A stretch of 32,000 bases of DNA from Cupriavidus necator (GCF_016127575.1 NZ_CP066018.1:60001-92000), one strand, 5' to 3'. Shown: positions 1-7,846, numbered from the stretch's first letter. The notes: a model not told the origin generated them from the sequence alone. A program made the numbers and translations.

Positions 1-20
1 CCTTTCGTTTTCGTCAGGGG

Positions 21-218
21 TTATGCGTAAGGCATCATCGCGCGCACCGACTTCAGGTTCGTCTCATGGACGTCCTGAGTACCGCGCAGTTGACGCTTGT
101 TCTTGGTGGTCTTCTTGGTCAGGATGTGACGCTTGAAGGCCTGGCCACGCTTGAACGAACCGTTCGGACGTGCAGTAAAGCGCTTGGAGGCGCTTTTCTT
201 CGTCTTCATCTTCGGCAT
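21..218 (-). CDS. rpmI: 50S ribosomal protein L35
   Basis: Lies inside ORF 21..302(-). The ATG at 218 gives 65 aa starting [36 protein letters not shown], the canonical basic L35 N-terminus. It follows infC as in the conserved thrS-infC-rpmI-rplT operon. Bases 1..20 probably carry the rplT Shine-Dalgarno (SD) region. Confidence 0.93.
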   Translation of the reverse strand: MPKMKTKKSASKRFTARPNGSFKRGQAFKRHILTKKTTKNKRQLRGTQDVHETNLKSVRAMMPYA

Positions 219-385
219 GAAAAACTCCAGCTCATATGACATGCATGCAGGTGGACGGCTCACGCCGACGCTTGCAAGACCCGCATCCACTTGTTGTTGC
301 ACAGCGGCCCTTGCGGACCGCGCGCGACTTCCGCACGAAGCAACGCCGGGATGCCTGGCATCCCGGCCGCTGCACCGCGCAGGAA

Positions 386-907
386 TTACTTCTTCTTCTT
401 GGGGGCGAGCACCATCACCATCTGGCGCCCTTCCATCTTCGGCATCTGCTCGACCTGGCCGATTTCTTCCAGGTCCGCCTTCAGGCGTTCGAGCATGCGC
501 GCGCCGATTTCCTGGTGCGCCATCTCGCGACCACGGAACCGCAGCGTGATCTTGGTCTTGTCGCCGTCTTCCAGGAAGCGCTTCAGGTTGCGCAGCTTGA
601 CGTTGTAGTCGCCATCATCCGTACCCGGCCGGAACTTGACTTCCTTGACCTGGATGATTTTCTGCTTCAGCTTCGCCTCGTGGGCGCGCTTGGCTTCCTC
701 GTACTTGAACTTCCCGTAATCCATGATCCGGGCGACGGGCGGAACCGCGTTCGGCGCGATCTCGACCAGGTCCAAGTCCTTATCTTCAGCCAGCCGGAGC
801 GCGTCCATGAACTTGACGATGCCGAGCTGTTCGTTATCAACCCCTACCAGGCGCAGCTCAGGCGCGCTGATTTCCCGGTTGATGCGATGACCTTTGTCCG
901 TAGCGAT
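386..907 (-). CDS. infC: Translation initiation factor IF-3, with a non-canonical AUC start
   Basis: ORF 386..808(-) encodes the IF-3 linker and C-domain ([45 protein letters not shown]). The same frame continues upstream as [33 protein letters not shown], the IF-3 N-domain, up to an in-frame TAA at 916..914. Only CGC-AAC-ATC precede the conserved residues. GAGG (920..917) lies 9 nt before ATC (907..905). Confidence 0.85.
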   Translation of the reverse strand: MATDKGHRINREISAPELRLVGVDNEQLGIVKFMDALRLAEDKDLDLVEIAPNAVPPVARIMDYGKFKYEEAKRAHEAKLKQKIIQVKEVKFRPGTDDGDYNVKLRNLKRFLEDGDKTKITLRFRGREMAHQEIGARMLERLKADLEEIGQVEQMPKMEGRQMVMVLAPKKKK

Positions 908-955
908 GTTGCGTTACCTCAAGAAGACAAAAAAACAAGCCGTGCTCACCACCCA

Positions 956-2863
956 TCAGGCTTTGCTGGCGACGTCGTTTTTCAGACGCTCAACAAACGC
1001 GGAGACGGGCATCACACCCAGATCCACGTTGCCACGGGCACGCACGGCCACTTGACTGGCATCCCGCTCCTTGTCGCCCACTACCAGCAGGTAGGGAACC
1101 TTTTGAAGCGAATGCTCGCGGATTTTATACGTAATTTTCTCATTACGCAAATCAGCCTTGGCCCTAAACCCTTGTTTTTGCAGCAATTGCACGACGCTTT
1201 CGGCGTATTCCGCCTGCGAATCCGCAATATTCATGACCACCACCTGCTCCGGGGCCAGCCAGGCCGGCAGCGCACCGGCGTGGTTTTCCAGCAGGATGCC
1301 CAGGAAACGCTCGAACGAGCCCAGGATGGCCCGGTGCAGCATCACCGGGCGCTTGCGCGAATTGTCCTCGGAGACGTATTCGGCATCCAGGCGCTCCGGC
1401 AGCACCAGGTCAAGCTGCAGCGTGCCGCACTGCCACGAGCGGCCGATCGCGTCCTTGATGTGGTACTCGACCTTGGGGCCGTAGAACGCGCCCTCGCCCG
1501 GCAGCTCCTCCCAATCCACGCCGCAGGCGCGCAGCGCCAGGCGCAGGCCCTCTTCGGCGTGATCCCAGATCTCGTCGGAGCCGGCACGCTGGTCCGGGCG
1601 CAGCGACAGCTTGACCTTCACATCCTTGAAGCCGAAGTCGTCGTAGACCGAGAACGCCAGTTCGTTGAAGGCCTTGGCCTCCGCCACGATCTGCTCTTCC
1701 GTGCAGAAGATGTGCGCATCATCCTGCACAAAGCCGCGCACGCGCATCAGCCCGTGCAGCGCGCCCGACGGCTCGTTGCGGTGGCAGGCGCCGAACTCGG
1801 CCAGGCGCAGCGGCAGGTCGCGGTACGAACGCAGGCCGTGGTTGAAGATCTGCACATGGCCCGGGCAGTTCATCGGCTTGATCGCGTAGTCGCGCTTCTC
1901 CGACTCCGTGACGAACATATTCTCCTTGTAGTTCTGCCAGTGGCCGGACTTTTCCCAAAGCGAACGATCCATCACCTGCGGCGTACGAACCTCATCGTAG
2001 CCGGCGTCCGTCAGGCGGCCGCGCATGTACTGCTCGACGGCCTGCCACACCTGCCAGCCCTTCGGGTGCCAGAACACCATGCCGGGCGCCTCTTCCTGCA
2101 GGTGGAACAGGTCGAGCGTCTTGCCCAGCTTGCGGTGGTCGCGCTTCTCGGCCTCTTCCAGCATGTGCAGGTAGGCTTCCTGGTCTTCCTTCCTGGCCCA
2201 GGCCGTGCCGTAGATGCGCTGGAGCATCTCATTGTTGGCGTCGCCGCGCCAGTAGGCGCCGGCCACCTTCATCAGCTTGAAGACCTTCAGCTTGCCCGTG
2301 GACGGCACGTGCGGGCCACGGCACAGGTCGACGAAGCTGCCTTCACGGTACAAGCCGATTTCCTGGTCGGCGGGGATCGAGGCGATGATCTCGGCCTTGT
2401 ACTTCTCGCCCATCGACTCGAACAGCGCCACCGCTTCGTCGCGGTTCCATACTTCGCGCACGACCTTCTCGTCCTTGCGGGCGAGTTCCGTCATCTTCTT
2501 CTCGATGGCGGCCAGGTCTTCGGGCGTGAAGGGACGCTTGTAGGCAAAGTCGTAGTAGAAGCCGTTTTCGATCACCGGGCCGATCGTCACCTGCGCTTCC
2601 GGATAGAGCTCCTTGACGGCATAGGCCAGCAAGTGCGCCGTGGAGTGGCGGATCACATCGACGCCATCGGCGTCCTTGTCCGTGACGATGGCCAGCTCGG
2701 CATCGCGGTCGATCCTGTAGCTCGTGTCGACCAGTTGGCCGTCCACCTTGCCGGCCAGCGCGGCCTTGGCCAGGCCAGCACCGATGCCCTGCGCCACTTC
2801 GGCAACCGTCACCGGGCCGGGAAACTCGCGGCGGGACCCATCCGGCAGCGTGATTGCGATCAT
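956..2863 (-). CDS. thrS: Threonine--tRNA ligase
   Basis: ORF of 635 aa. The N-terminal TGS domain begins [14 protein letters not shown]. It has the editing-domain HSTAHLL motif and class II core motifs ([37 protein letters not shown]). SD GGAGAG lies upstream of the ATG at 2863. Confidence 0.97.
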   Translation of the reverse strand: MIAITLPDGSRREFPGPVTVAEVAQGIGAGLAKAALAGKVDGQLVDTSYRIDRDAELAIVTDKDADGVDVIRHSTAHLLAYAVKELYPEAQVTIGPVIENGFYYDFAYKRPFTPEDLAAIEKKMTELARKDEKVVREVWNRDEAVALFESMGEKYKAEIIASIPADQEIGLYREGSFVDLCRGPHVPSTGKLKVFKLMKVAGAYWRGDANNEMLQRIYGTAWARKEDQEAYLHMLEEAEKRDHRKLGKTLDLFHLQEEAPGMVFWHPKGWQVWQAVEQYMRGRLTDAGYDEVRTPQVMDRSLWEKSGHWQNYKENMFVTESEKRDYAIKPMNCPGHVQIFNHGLRSYRDLPLRLAEFGACHRNEPSGALHGLMRVRGFVQDDAHIFCTEEQIVAEAKAFNELAFSVYDDFGFKDVKVKLSLRPDQRAGSDEIWDHAEEGLRLALRACGVDWEELPGEGAFYGPKVEYHIKDAIGRSWQCGTLQLDLVLPERLDAEYVSEDNSRKRPVMLHRAILGSFERFLGILLENHAGALPAWLAPEQVVVMNIADSQAEYAESVVQLLQKQGFRAKADLRNEKITYKIREHSLQKVPYLLVVGDKERDASQVAVRARGNVDLGVMPVSAFVERLKNDVASKA

Positions 2864-3036
2864 TTCGACTCTCCAGGATTCCGCCGGCGGCGTCTTGCGC
2901 TTCGCCCGAGCGGATCAAACTGCATCTTGTGGCACCGGCCCTGCATGCCTGCGGGACCGGCGATTTATTCTTTGCTGCCCTGCCCTGCCGCACCGGAAAC
3001 GCGGCAGCTTATCAGGACGCTGACAGGCGACAGACG

Positions 3037-3069
3037 AAAAAAAACGCGGCCAAGGCCGCGTTTCTCTTT
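3037..3069 (-). terminator. Intrinsic terminator (GC hairpin plus U8), symmetric with an A-run on the other side
   Basis: Minus-strand RNA reads AAACGCGGCC-UU-GGCCGCG followed by UUUUUUUU (3044..3037). It lies downstream of tRNA-Val and the mini-ORF, and 173 nt upstream of the thrS ATG. Confidence 0.75.
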
Positions 3070-3107
3070 GTCAAACCCGATCCAACCGGGTCGAAGGCGC
3101 ACCTCGA

Positions 3108-3152
3108 CTACTGTCGCTTGCCAGCGGTAGTAGTTCGCGGTGTCATAACCAT
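3108..3152 (-). promoter_or_regulatory. Candidate Thr-rich leader mini-ORF (MVMTPRTTTAGKRQ), hypothetical
   Basis: ATG at 3152 is preceded by GGAAG with a 6-nt spacer. There are 14 codons, 4 of them Thr, including the run ACU-ACU-ACC (3134..3126). The stop is UAG at 3110..3108, and the terminator stem begins about 47 nt later. See the findings for the pairing details. Confidence 0.3.
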
Positions 3153-3223
3153 GATGCGCTTCCGTTCCGTATGGGGTTGAATCGGACTTGCCACACTTCT
3201 TTTACTGCTTTACTGCAATTCGT

Positions 3224-3300
3224 TGGTAGGCTCGATTGGACTCGAACCAACGACCCCCACCATGTCAAGGTGGTGCTCTAACCAGCTGAGCTACGAGCCT
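3224..3300 (-). tRNA. tRNA-Val (anticodon GAC)
   Basis: The reverse complement is AGGCTCGTAGCTCAGCTGGTTAGAGCACCACCTTGACATGGTGGGGGTCGTTGGTTCGAGTCCAATCGAGCCTACCA, 77 nt. It folds as a cloverleaf: 7-bp acceptor AGGCTCG/CGAGCCT, D stem GCTC/GAGC, anticodon stem CCACC/GGTGG with loop TTGACAT, T stem GTTGG/CCAAT with loop TTCGAGT, and an encoded CCA. Confidence 0.97.
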
Positions 3301-3312
3301 AGCGAAGCCGCA

Positions 3313-3342
3313 AGTATAGCATCACTTTCTTTTCGCCTGCAA
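3313..3342 (-). promoter_or_regulatory. Candidate sigma-70 promoter for tRNA-Val, overlapping the relA 3' end
   Basis: On the minus strand, TTGCAG (3342..3337), an 18-nt spacer, then TATACT (3318..3313). The predicted transcription start is a few nt upstream of tRNA position 1 at 3300. Confidence 0.4.
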
Positions 3343-5550
3343 CACCCCCTGGACGTCTTCGATCAACTGCAGCGCGCGCTGCAGCTGCGTAGCCTCGGAC
3401 ACTTCGGCAGTGAACTGCATGCGCGCAACGCCCTTGCTGGAGAGCGTCTTGACGCCGGTGACATTGATCTTCTCGCGCGACAGCACTTCGGAGATATCGC
3501 GCAGCAGCCCCTGGCGATCGATCGCCTCGACATGGATATCGACCGGATAGACCGCGGCGTGGCTCTTCTGGCCCCACTCGGTCTGGATCACCCGCTCCGG
3601 CGCGCGCCCGGCCAGTTGCTGGAAGGTGTGGCAGCTGCGCCGATGGATCGACACCCCGCGCCCGCGCGTGACAAAGCCGACGATGTCGTCCGGCGGCGCC
3701 GGCTTGCAGCAGCGCGACATCTGCGTCATCAGCGAATCCACCCCCACCACCAGCACGCCGCTCTTGGCGCCGCGCGCCACGCTGGTGGCGCGGCTCTTCT
3801 TGGTGACAGCGTCTTCCTCGCTCAGCGGCGCCTGGACCTCGCCCTCCGGGTGTCGCAGCGCGTGCTCCACGTGGCGCAGACTGAACTCGTCCTTGGCCAC
3901 TGCCGCAAACAGGTCCTCCGGCGTCTTGAAGCCCAGCCGCGTGGCCAGGTCTTCCAGCTTGACCGCGGTCTTGCCTTCGCGCTGCAGGGTCTTGTCGATC
4001 AGCACGCGGCCCTGGGCGATGGTCTCCTGCGAATCGAGCGCATTGAACCAGGCCCGCACCTTGGCCCGCGCGCGGCTGCTGGCCAGGTAGCCCAGGTCCG
4101 CGTTGAGCCAGTCGCGCGACGGTCCGCCCTGCTTGACCGCGATGATCTCCACGGTCTGGCCGTTCTTCAGCGGCGTGTTCAGCGGCACCATGGTGCCGTC
4201 CACGCGCGCGCCGCGGCAGCGGTGGCCGAGATCGCTGTGCAGGTAGTAGGCAAAGTCCACCGCGGTGGCGCCCTGCGGCAGCGCCACCACGCGCGCCTGC
4301 GGCGTCAGCACGTAGATGTGGTCGTCGATCGCGGCGTGCTTGATCTGCTCCCACGATTCATCGTGCGCCACGCTGTGGTCGGCATCGTCCTTCCACGCCA
4401 GCAGCTGGCGCAGCCAGGCAATCTTCTCGTCATAGCGCTCGCTGGCGGAGAACTGCCCGGCATAGCCGCGGCTGCCCGCTTCCTTGTAGCGCCAGTGCGC
4501 GGCCACGCCGTATTCGGCAAAGTGGTGCATCTCATGCGTGCGGATCTGCACCTCGAAGGCGCGCCCGTCATCGCCGATCACCACCGTATGCAGCGATTTG
4601 TAGCCATTGGCCTTGGGCCGCGAGATATAGTCGTCGAACTCGCGCGGGATCGGCTGCCAGATATGGTGGACGATACCCAGCACCGTGTAGCAGTCCTTGA
4701 TATCGTCGACGATCACGCGGAAGGCGCGCACATCGTACAGGTCGGCAAAATCCAGCTCCTTGCCGCGCATCTTCTTCCAGATGCTGTAGATATGCTTGGG
4801 CCGCCCGCTGACCTCGGCACGGATGCCGGCAGTCGCCAGCTCGGACTGCAGCCGTTCGATGGCGCCGCCGATATAGCCTTCGCGCTCGATGCGCTTCTCG
4901 TCCAGCAGTTTGGCGATGCGCTTGTAGGTATCGGGCTGCTCGAAGCGGAACGCCAGGTCCTCCAGTTCCCACTTCATCTGCCAGATACCAAGGCGATTGG
5001 CCAGCGGCGCGTAGATGTCCAGCGTTTCGCGCGCCACGCCCGGCTGCGGCGCCTGCTTGGTCTCGGCCAGCCAGCGCAGGGTCTGCAGCCGCGAGGCCAG
5101 GCGCACCAGCACCACGCGGATGTCCTGCGCAAACGCCAGCAGCATCTTGCGCAGCGCCTCGACCTGTTCGTGGCGCGCCTGCGCTTCGTTCTTGGACGGC
5201 GCGGCCGGCTCGGCCTCGGGGCGGCTGCCGGCGATGGCACCGATGCGCAGCAGCTGCCGCACACCGTCGACCAGCCGTGCCACCTCGTCTCCAAAGCGCG
5301 GTGCGATCTCGGCCTCGGTACCGGGCACGAAGGCCACCAGCCCGAACAGGCAGGCGGCGGCACGCGCGGCGTCGTCGACGCGCAGGCCGTCGAGAATGCG
5401 CAGCATGCCCTGCGCGTGCGACAGCACGGTCTCGCCGGTGGGCAGCGCTACCTCGGCACCATGCTCGCGCACGTAGGCCAGTGCGCGTTCGACCAGTTCG
5501 GCATCCGGAATGCCCGCGACCCGACCGGTCAGGTCGGTGGACGTCACCAT
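3322..5550 (-). CDS. relA: RelA-type GTP pyrophosphokinase ((p)ppGpp synthetase with a degenerate hydrolase domain)
   Basis: ORF of 742 aa. The synthetase core is RPKHIYSIWKKMRGKELDFADLYDVRAFRVIV...FDDYISRPKANGYKSLHTVV...EVQIRTHEMHHFAEYGVAAHWRYKE, with the acidic E-x-D-D motif (REFDDY). Where SpoT has LLHDxxED, this protein reads ACLFGLVAF, so the HD residues are lost. TGS and C-terminal ACT regions are present. Confidence 0.88.
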   Translation of the reverse strand: MVTSTDLTGRVAGIPDAELVERALAYVREHGAEVALPTGETVLSHAQGMLRILDGLRVDDAARAAACLFGLVAFVPGTEAEIAPRFGDEVARLVDGVRQLLRIGAIAGSRPEAEPAAPSKNEAQARHEQVEALRKMLLAFAQDIRVVLVRLASRLQTLRWLAETKQAPQPGVARETLDIYAPLANRLGIWQMKWELEDLAFRFEQPDTYKRIAKLLDEKRIEREGYIGGAIERLQSELATAGIRAEVSGRPKHIYSIWKKMRGKELDFADLYDVRAFRVIVDDIKDCYTVLGIVHHIWQPIPREFDDYISRPKANGYKSLHTVVIGDDGRAFEVQIRTHEMHHFAEYGVAAHWRYKEAGSRGYAGQFSASERYDEKIAWLRQLLAWKDDADHSVAHDESWEQIKHAAIDDHIYVLTPQARVVALPQGATAVDFAYYLHSDLGHRCRGARVDGTMVPLNTPLKNGQTVEIIAVKQGGPSRDWLNADLGYLASSRARAKVRAWFNALDSQETIAQGRVLIDKTLQREGKTAVKLEDLATRLGFKTPEDLFAAVAKDEFSLRHVEHALRHPEGEVQAPLSEEDAVTKKSRATSVARGAKSGVLVVGVDSLMTQMSRCCKPAPPDDIVGFVTRGRGVSIHRRSCHTFQQLAGRAPERVIQTEWGQKSHAAVYPVDIHVEAIDRQGLLRDISEVLSREKINVTGVKTLSSKGVARMQFTAEVSEATQLQRALQLIEDVQGVLQAKRK

Positions 5551-5565
5551 GTCACAACGCCTGCA

Positions 5566-5928
5566 TCAGTTGAGCGCAGCGGTCACCACCACTTCGATCA
5601 GGTAATCGGGATTGGCCAGACGGGCTTCGACAGTGGCGCGCGGGGGCGTGTTGCCTTGCGGCACCCAGGCGTCCCAGACCTCGTTCATCTCGCCGATCTG
5701 GTCGACATTGGTCAGGAAGATCTGGCACGACAGGATGCGGGTCTTGTCGCTGCCGGCCTCGGCCAGCAGCCGGTCGATATGGCCGAGGACCTCGCGCGTC
5801 TGGCCGCGGATATCGGCCTTGGGATCGACCTCGGGCACCTGACCGGCGAGATACACCACGCCGTTATAGACCGCGTATTCGGACAACCGCTTGCCCACAT
5901 GGGCGCGCTTCAGTTCAAGGTTACTCAT
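5566..5928 (-). CDS. RidA/YjgF/TdcF-family protein
   Basis: The 120 C-terminal residues of ORF 5566..7953(-), starting at the ATG at 5928: MSNLELKRAHVGKRLSEYAVYNGVVYLAGQVP...RATVEARLANPDYLIEVVVTAA. This is a typical YjgF fold sequence. The rest of the long ORF is antisense to real genes. Confidence 0.85.
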   Translation of the reverse strand: MSNLELKRAHVGKRLSEYAVYNGVVYLAGQVPEVDPKADIRGQTREVLGHIDRLLAEAGSDKTRILSCQIFLTNVDQIGEMNEVWDAWVPQGNTPPRATVEARLANPDYLIEVVVTAALN

Positions 5929-5945
5929 GACAATGCGTTGACTGA

Positions 5946-5980
5946 TAAAAACAGGGCCGGCATGCGATGCCATCAGGCCC
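5946..5980 (-). terminator. Possible intrinsic terminator or attenuating hairpin at the end of the hydrolase gene
   Basis: Minus-strand RNA has GGGCC-UGAU-[GGCAU-CGC-AUGCC]-GGCCC followed by UGUUUUU. The stem includes the TGA stop at 5975..5973. Confidence 0.3.
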
Positions 5981-6854
5981 CGGTAAAGAACTGCGGGGCG
6001 ATCGCAATCTGCGCCGGATCGACAAAGGTCGGGGCATGGCCCACGTCGGGCACTTCCACCGAACTCACATGCTTGCCGCGCGCCACCATTTCGGCCACGG
6101 TCTCGCGCAGCAGCAGGTCCGACTGCGCGCCGCGCACCACCAGCACCGGGCCTTCGATGGCCTCGAAGCTGCGCCAGAGCGCGGCCTCGCCGGCAGCAAT
6201 GGCCTCGGGCGTGGATTTGCGGAACGGCACCGCCAGCTGCGGATCGTAATGCAAGCCCCATTCCAGGCCGTCCGTGCCCTGCACCGGTTTCAGGATGGCG
6301 GCGTTGAGCTCGCGCCACTGCTCGGGCGTATGGCGGCCGAACGATGCGCTGATGGTTTGCAGGTAGGCCAGGCCTTCCTCGAAGGTCTTGAAGCGCACCG
6401 GCAGCCCCAGGTAGGCGCCGATCCGTTCCACCGCCGACGGCGCCAGCTTCGGGCCCACGTCGTTGAGCAGCAGCTTGCGCACCGGCGACTTCGGCAGCCC
6501 GGCCAGGCCCATGCCGATCAGCCCGCCCATCGAGGTGCCGAACCAGTCCACCTTCTCCACGTTGAGCCGCGCAATCAGCGTGACCATGTCGGACACATAC
6601 TGCGGCACCACGTAGCCGTTGGCATCGGCCAGCCATTCCGAGCGGCCGCGCCCGGCCACATCGGGGCAGACCACGCGGTAGTCGCCGCACAGCGCGCTGG
6701 CGACGGTGTCGAAGTCGCGGCCGGTGCGCGTCAGCCCATGCGCGCACACCAGCACGCGCGGATTGGCGGGGTCGCCCCACTCGTGGTAGGCCATGCGGTG
6801 CAGGCCCGCCGGACTGATGCACTGGACAAAACCGAGACGCGGACTGGCAGACAT
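5973..6854 (-). CDS. Alpha/beta hydrolase; candidate 3-hydroxybutyrate-oligomer hydrolase by context
   Basis: Lies inside ORF 5973..7010(-). The ATG at 6854 is preceded by GGGAG and gives 293 aa starting MSASPRLGFVQ. Nucleophile elbow GTSMGG, HG oxyanion region (VCAHGLTRTGRDF) and a C-terminal GHAP His motif are present. The gene is divergent from 3-hydroxybutyrate dehydrogenase. Confidence 0.8.
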   Translation of the reverse strand: MSASPRLGFVQCISPAGLHRMAYHEWGDPANPRVLVCAHGLTRTGRDFDTVASALCGDYRVVCPDVAGRGRSEWLADANGYVVPQYVSDMVTLIARLNVEKVDWFGTSMGGLIGMGLAGLPKSPVRKLLLNDVGPKLAPSAVERIGAYLGLPVRFKTFEEGLAYLQTISASFGRHTPEQWRELNAAILKPVQGTDGLEWGLHYDPQLAVPFRKSTPEAIAAGEAALWRSFEAIEGPVLVVRGAQSDLLLRETVAEMVARGKHVSSVEVPDVGHAPTFVDPAQIAIAPQFFTGA

Positions 6855-6923
6855 CTGGACTCCCTGACGAACCGGACCGCGGACCGCAAAAAGACGGCGC
6901 TGCCGGAGGTTGAGCAAAGCTGG

Positions 6924-6947
6924 ATTGTACGCCGCAGCGGGTACAAT
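6924..6947. promoter_or_regulatory. 24-bp inverted repeat ATTGTAC-N10-GTACAAT (candidate operator or back-to-back -10 boxes)
   Basis: ATTGTACGCCGCAGCGGGTACAAT. The arms are perfect 7-mers and the spacer is itself nearly symmetric (CCGC-A-GCGG). It lies 70 nt from the hydrolase ATG and 113 nt from the bdhA ATG. Confidence 0.4.
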
Positions 6948-7059
6948 GCCACAGCACAGTGTCAGCGTCCCGCGTGCGCGGCCGCGCACCGCCACGGCGC
7001 GCTCCGCCAACCCTGTGGCAACCTTTCTGTGGCATTCCTTTCTCTCGACGGAGGCTTAC

Positions 7060-7836
7060 ATGCTCAACGGCAAGACCGCACTGGTGACTGGCTCGACCAG
7101 CGGCATCGGGCTCGGCATCGCGAAAGCGCTGGCGGCCCAGGGCGCCAACATCATCGTCAACGGCTTTGGTGACGCGGACGCCGCAAAGGCAGAAATCGCG
7201 CAGGCCGGCCAGGGGATCCGGGTCGGCTACCACGGCGCCGACATGAGCAAGGCGGCCGAGATCGAAGACATGATGCGCTACGCGCAGTCCGACTTCGGCG
7301 GCGCCGACATCCTGGTCAACAACGCCGGCATCCAGCACGTGGCCGCGATCGAGGATTTCCCGCCCGAGCGCTGGGACGCGATCATCGCCATCAACCTGAC
7401 CTCGGCCTTCCACACCACGCGCCTGGCGCTGCCCGGCATGAAGCAGAAGGACTGGGGCCGCATCATCAATGTCGCCTCCACCCACGGGCTGGTGGCCTCG
7501 GCGCAGAAGTCCGCCTACGTGGCGGCCAAGCACGGCATCGTCGGCTTCACCAAGGTGACCGCGCTGGAAACCGCGCAGACCGGCGTCACCGCCAACGCGA
7601 TCTGCCCGGGCTGGGTGCTGACGCCACTGGTGCAGAAGCAGGTCGAAGCCCGCGCGCAGAAGGAAGGCATTCCGGTGGAACAGGCCAAGCGCGAGCTGGT
7701 GCTGGAGAAACAACCCTCGGGACAGTTCGTCACGCCCGATGAGCTGGGCGCGCTGGCCGTGTTCCTGTCGTCCGAAGCGGCCCGCCAGGTCCGCGGCGCG
7801 ATCTGGAACATGGACGGCGGCTGGGTGGCGCAGTAA
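7060..7836 (+). CDS. bdhA: D-3-hydroxybutyrate dehydrogenase (SDR)
   Basis: The ATG at 7060 is preceded by GGAGG and gives 258 aa: MLNGKTALVTGSTSGIGLGIAKALAAQGANIIVNGFGD...NNAGIQHVAAIEDFP...YVAAKHGIVGFTK...NAICPGWVLTPLV. This is the classic BDH signature. Confidence 0.9.
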   Translation: MLNGKTALVTGSTSGIGLGIAKALAAQGANIIVNGFGDADAAKAEIAQAGQGIRVGYHGADMSKAAEIEDMMRYAQSDFGGADILVNNAGIQHVAAIEDFPPERWDAIIAINLTSAFHTTRLALPGMKQKDWGRIINVASTHGLVASAQKSAYVAAKHGIVGFTKVTALETAQTGVTANAICPGWVLTPLVQKQVEARAQKEGIPVEQAKRELVLEKQPSGQFVTPDELGALAVFLSSEAARQVRGAIWNMDGGWVAQ

Positions 7837-7846
7837 GGAGCAAACG

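Noticed and set aside
2985-3007. Hairpin CUGCCGC-GUUUCCGGU-GCGGCAG in the thrS leader as a tRNA-Thr anticodon-arm mimic, as in the E. coli thrS operator
   Set aside because: The loop has 9 nt and does not present a U-NGU-A anticodon-loop context. The GGU within it is probably coincidental. I kept it only as a generic leader hairpin.
236-3130. 964-aa ORF on the plus strand
   Set aside because: It is exactly antisense to thrS and infC. The composition is extreme in Arg, Leu, Ala and Gly, and no recognisable domain is present. Long stop-free antisense frames are expected in high-GC DNA.
3224-3300. tRNA-Val as an integration site for a genomic island
   Set aside because: No integrase, transposase or phage gene is present. 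I noticed no direct repeat of the tRNA 3' end in the window, and the flanking genes are housekeeping.
3223-6249. 1008-aa ORF on the plus strand
   Set aside because: It is antisense to relA and ridA and even runs through the tRNA-Val gene. The sequence is low in complexity and rich in Arg, Ala and Leu, which marks it as a GC artefact.
7013-7034. The TGGCA repeats upstream of bdhA as a sigma-54 (-24/-12) promoter
   Set aside because: Neither copy has a GC / TTGC element at the required spacing after the TGGCA.
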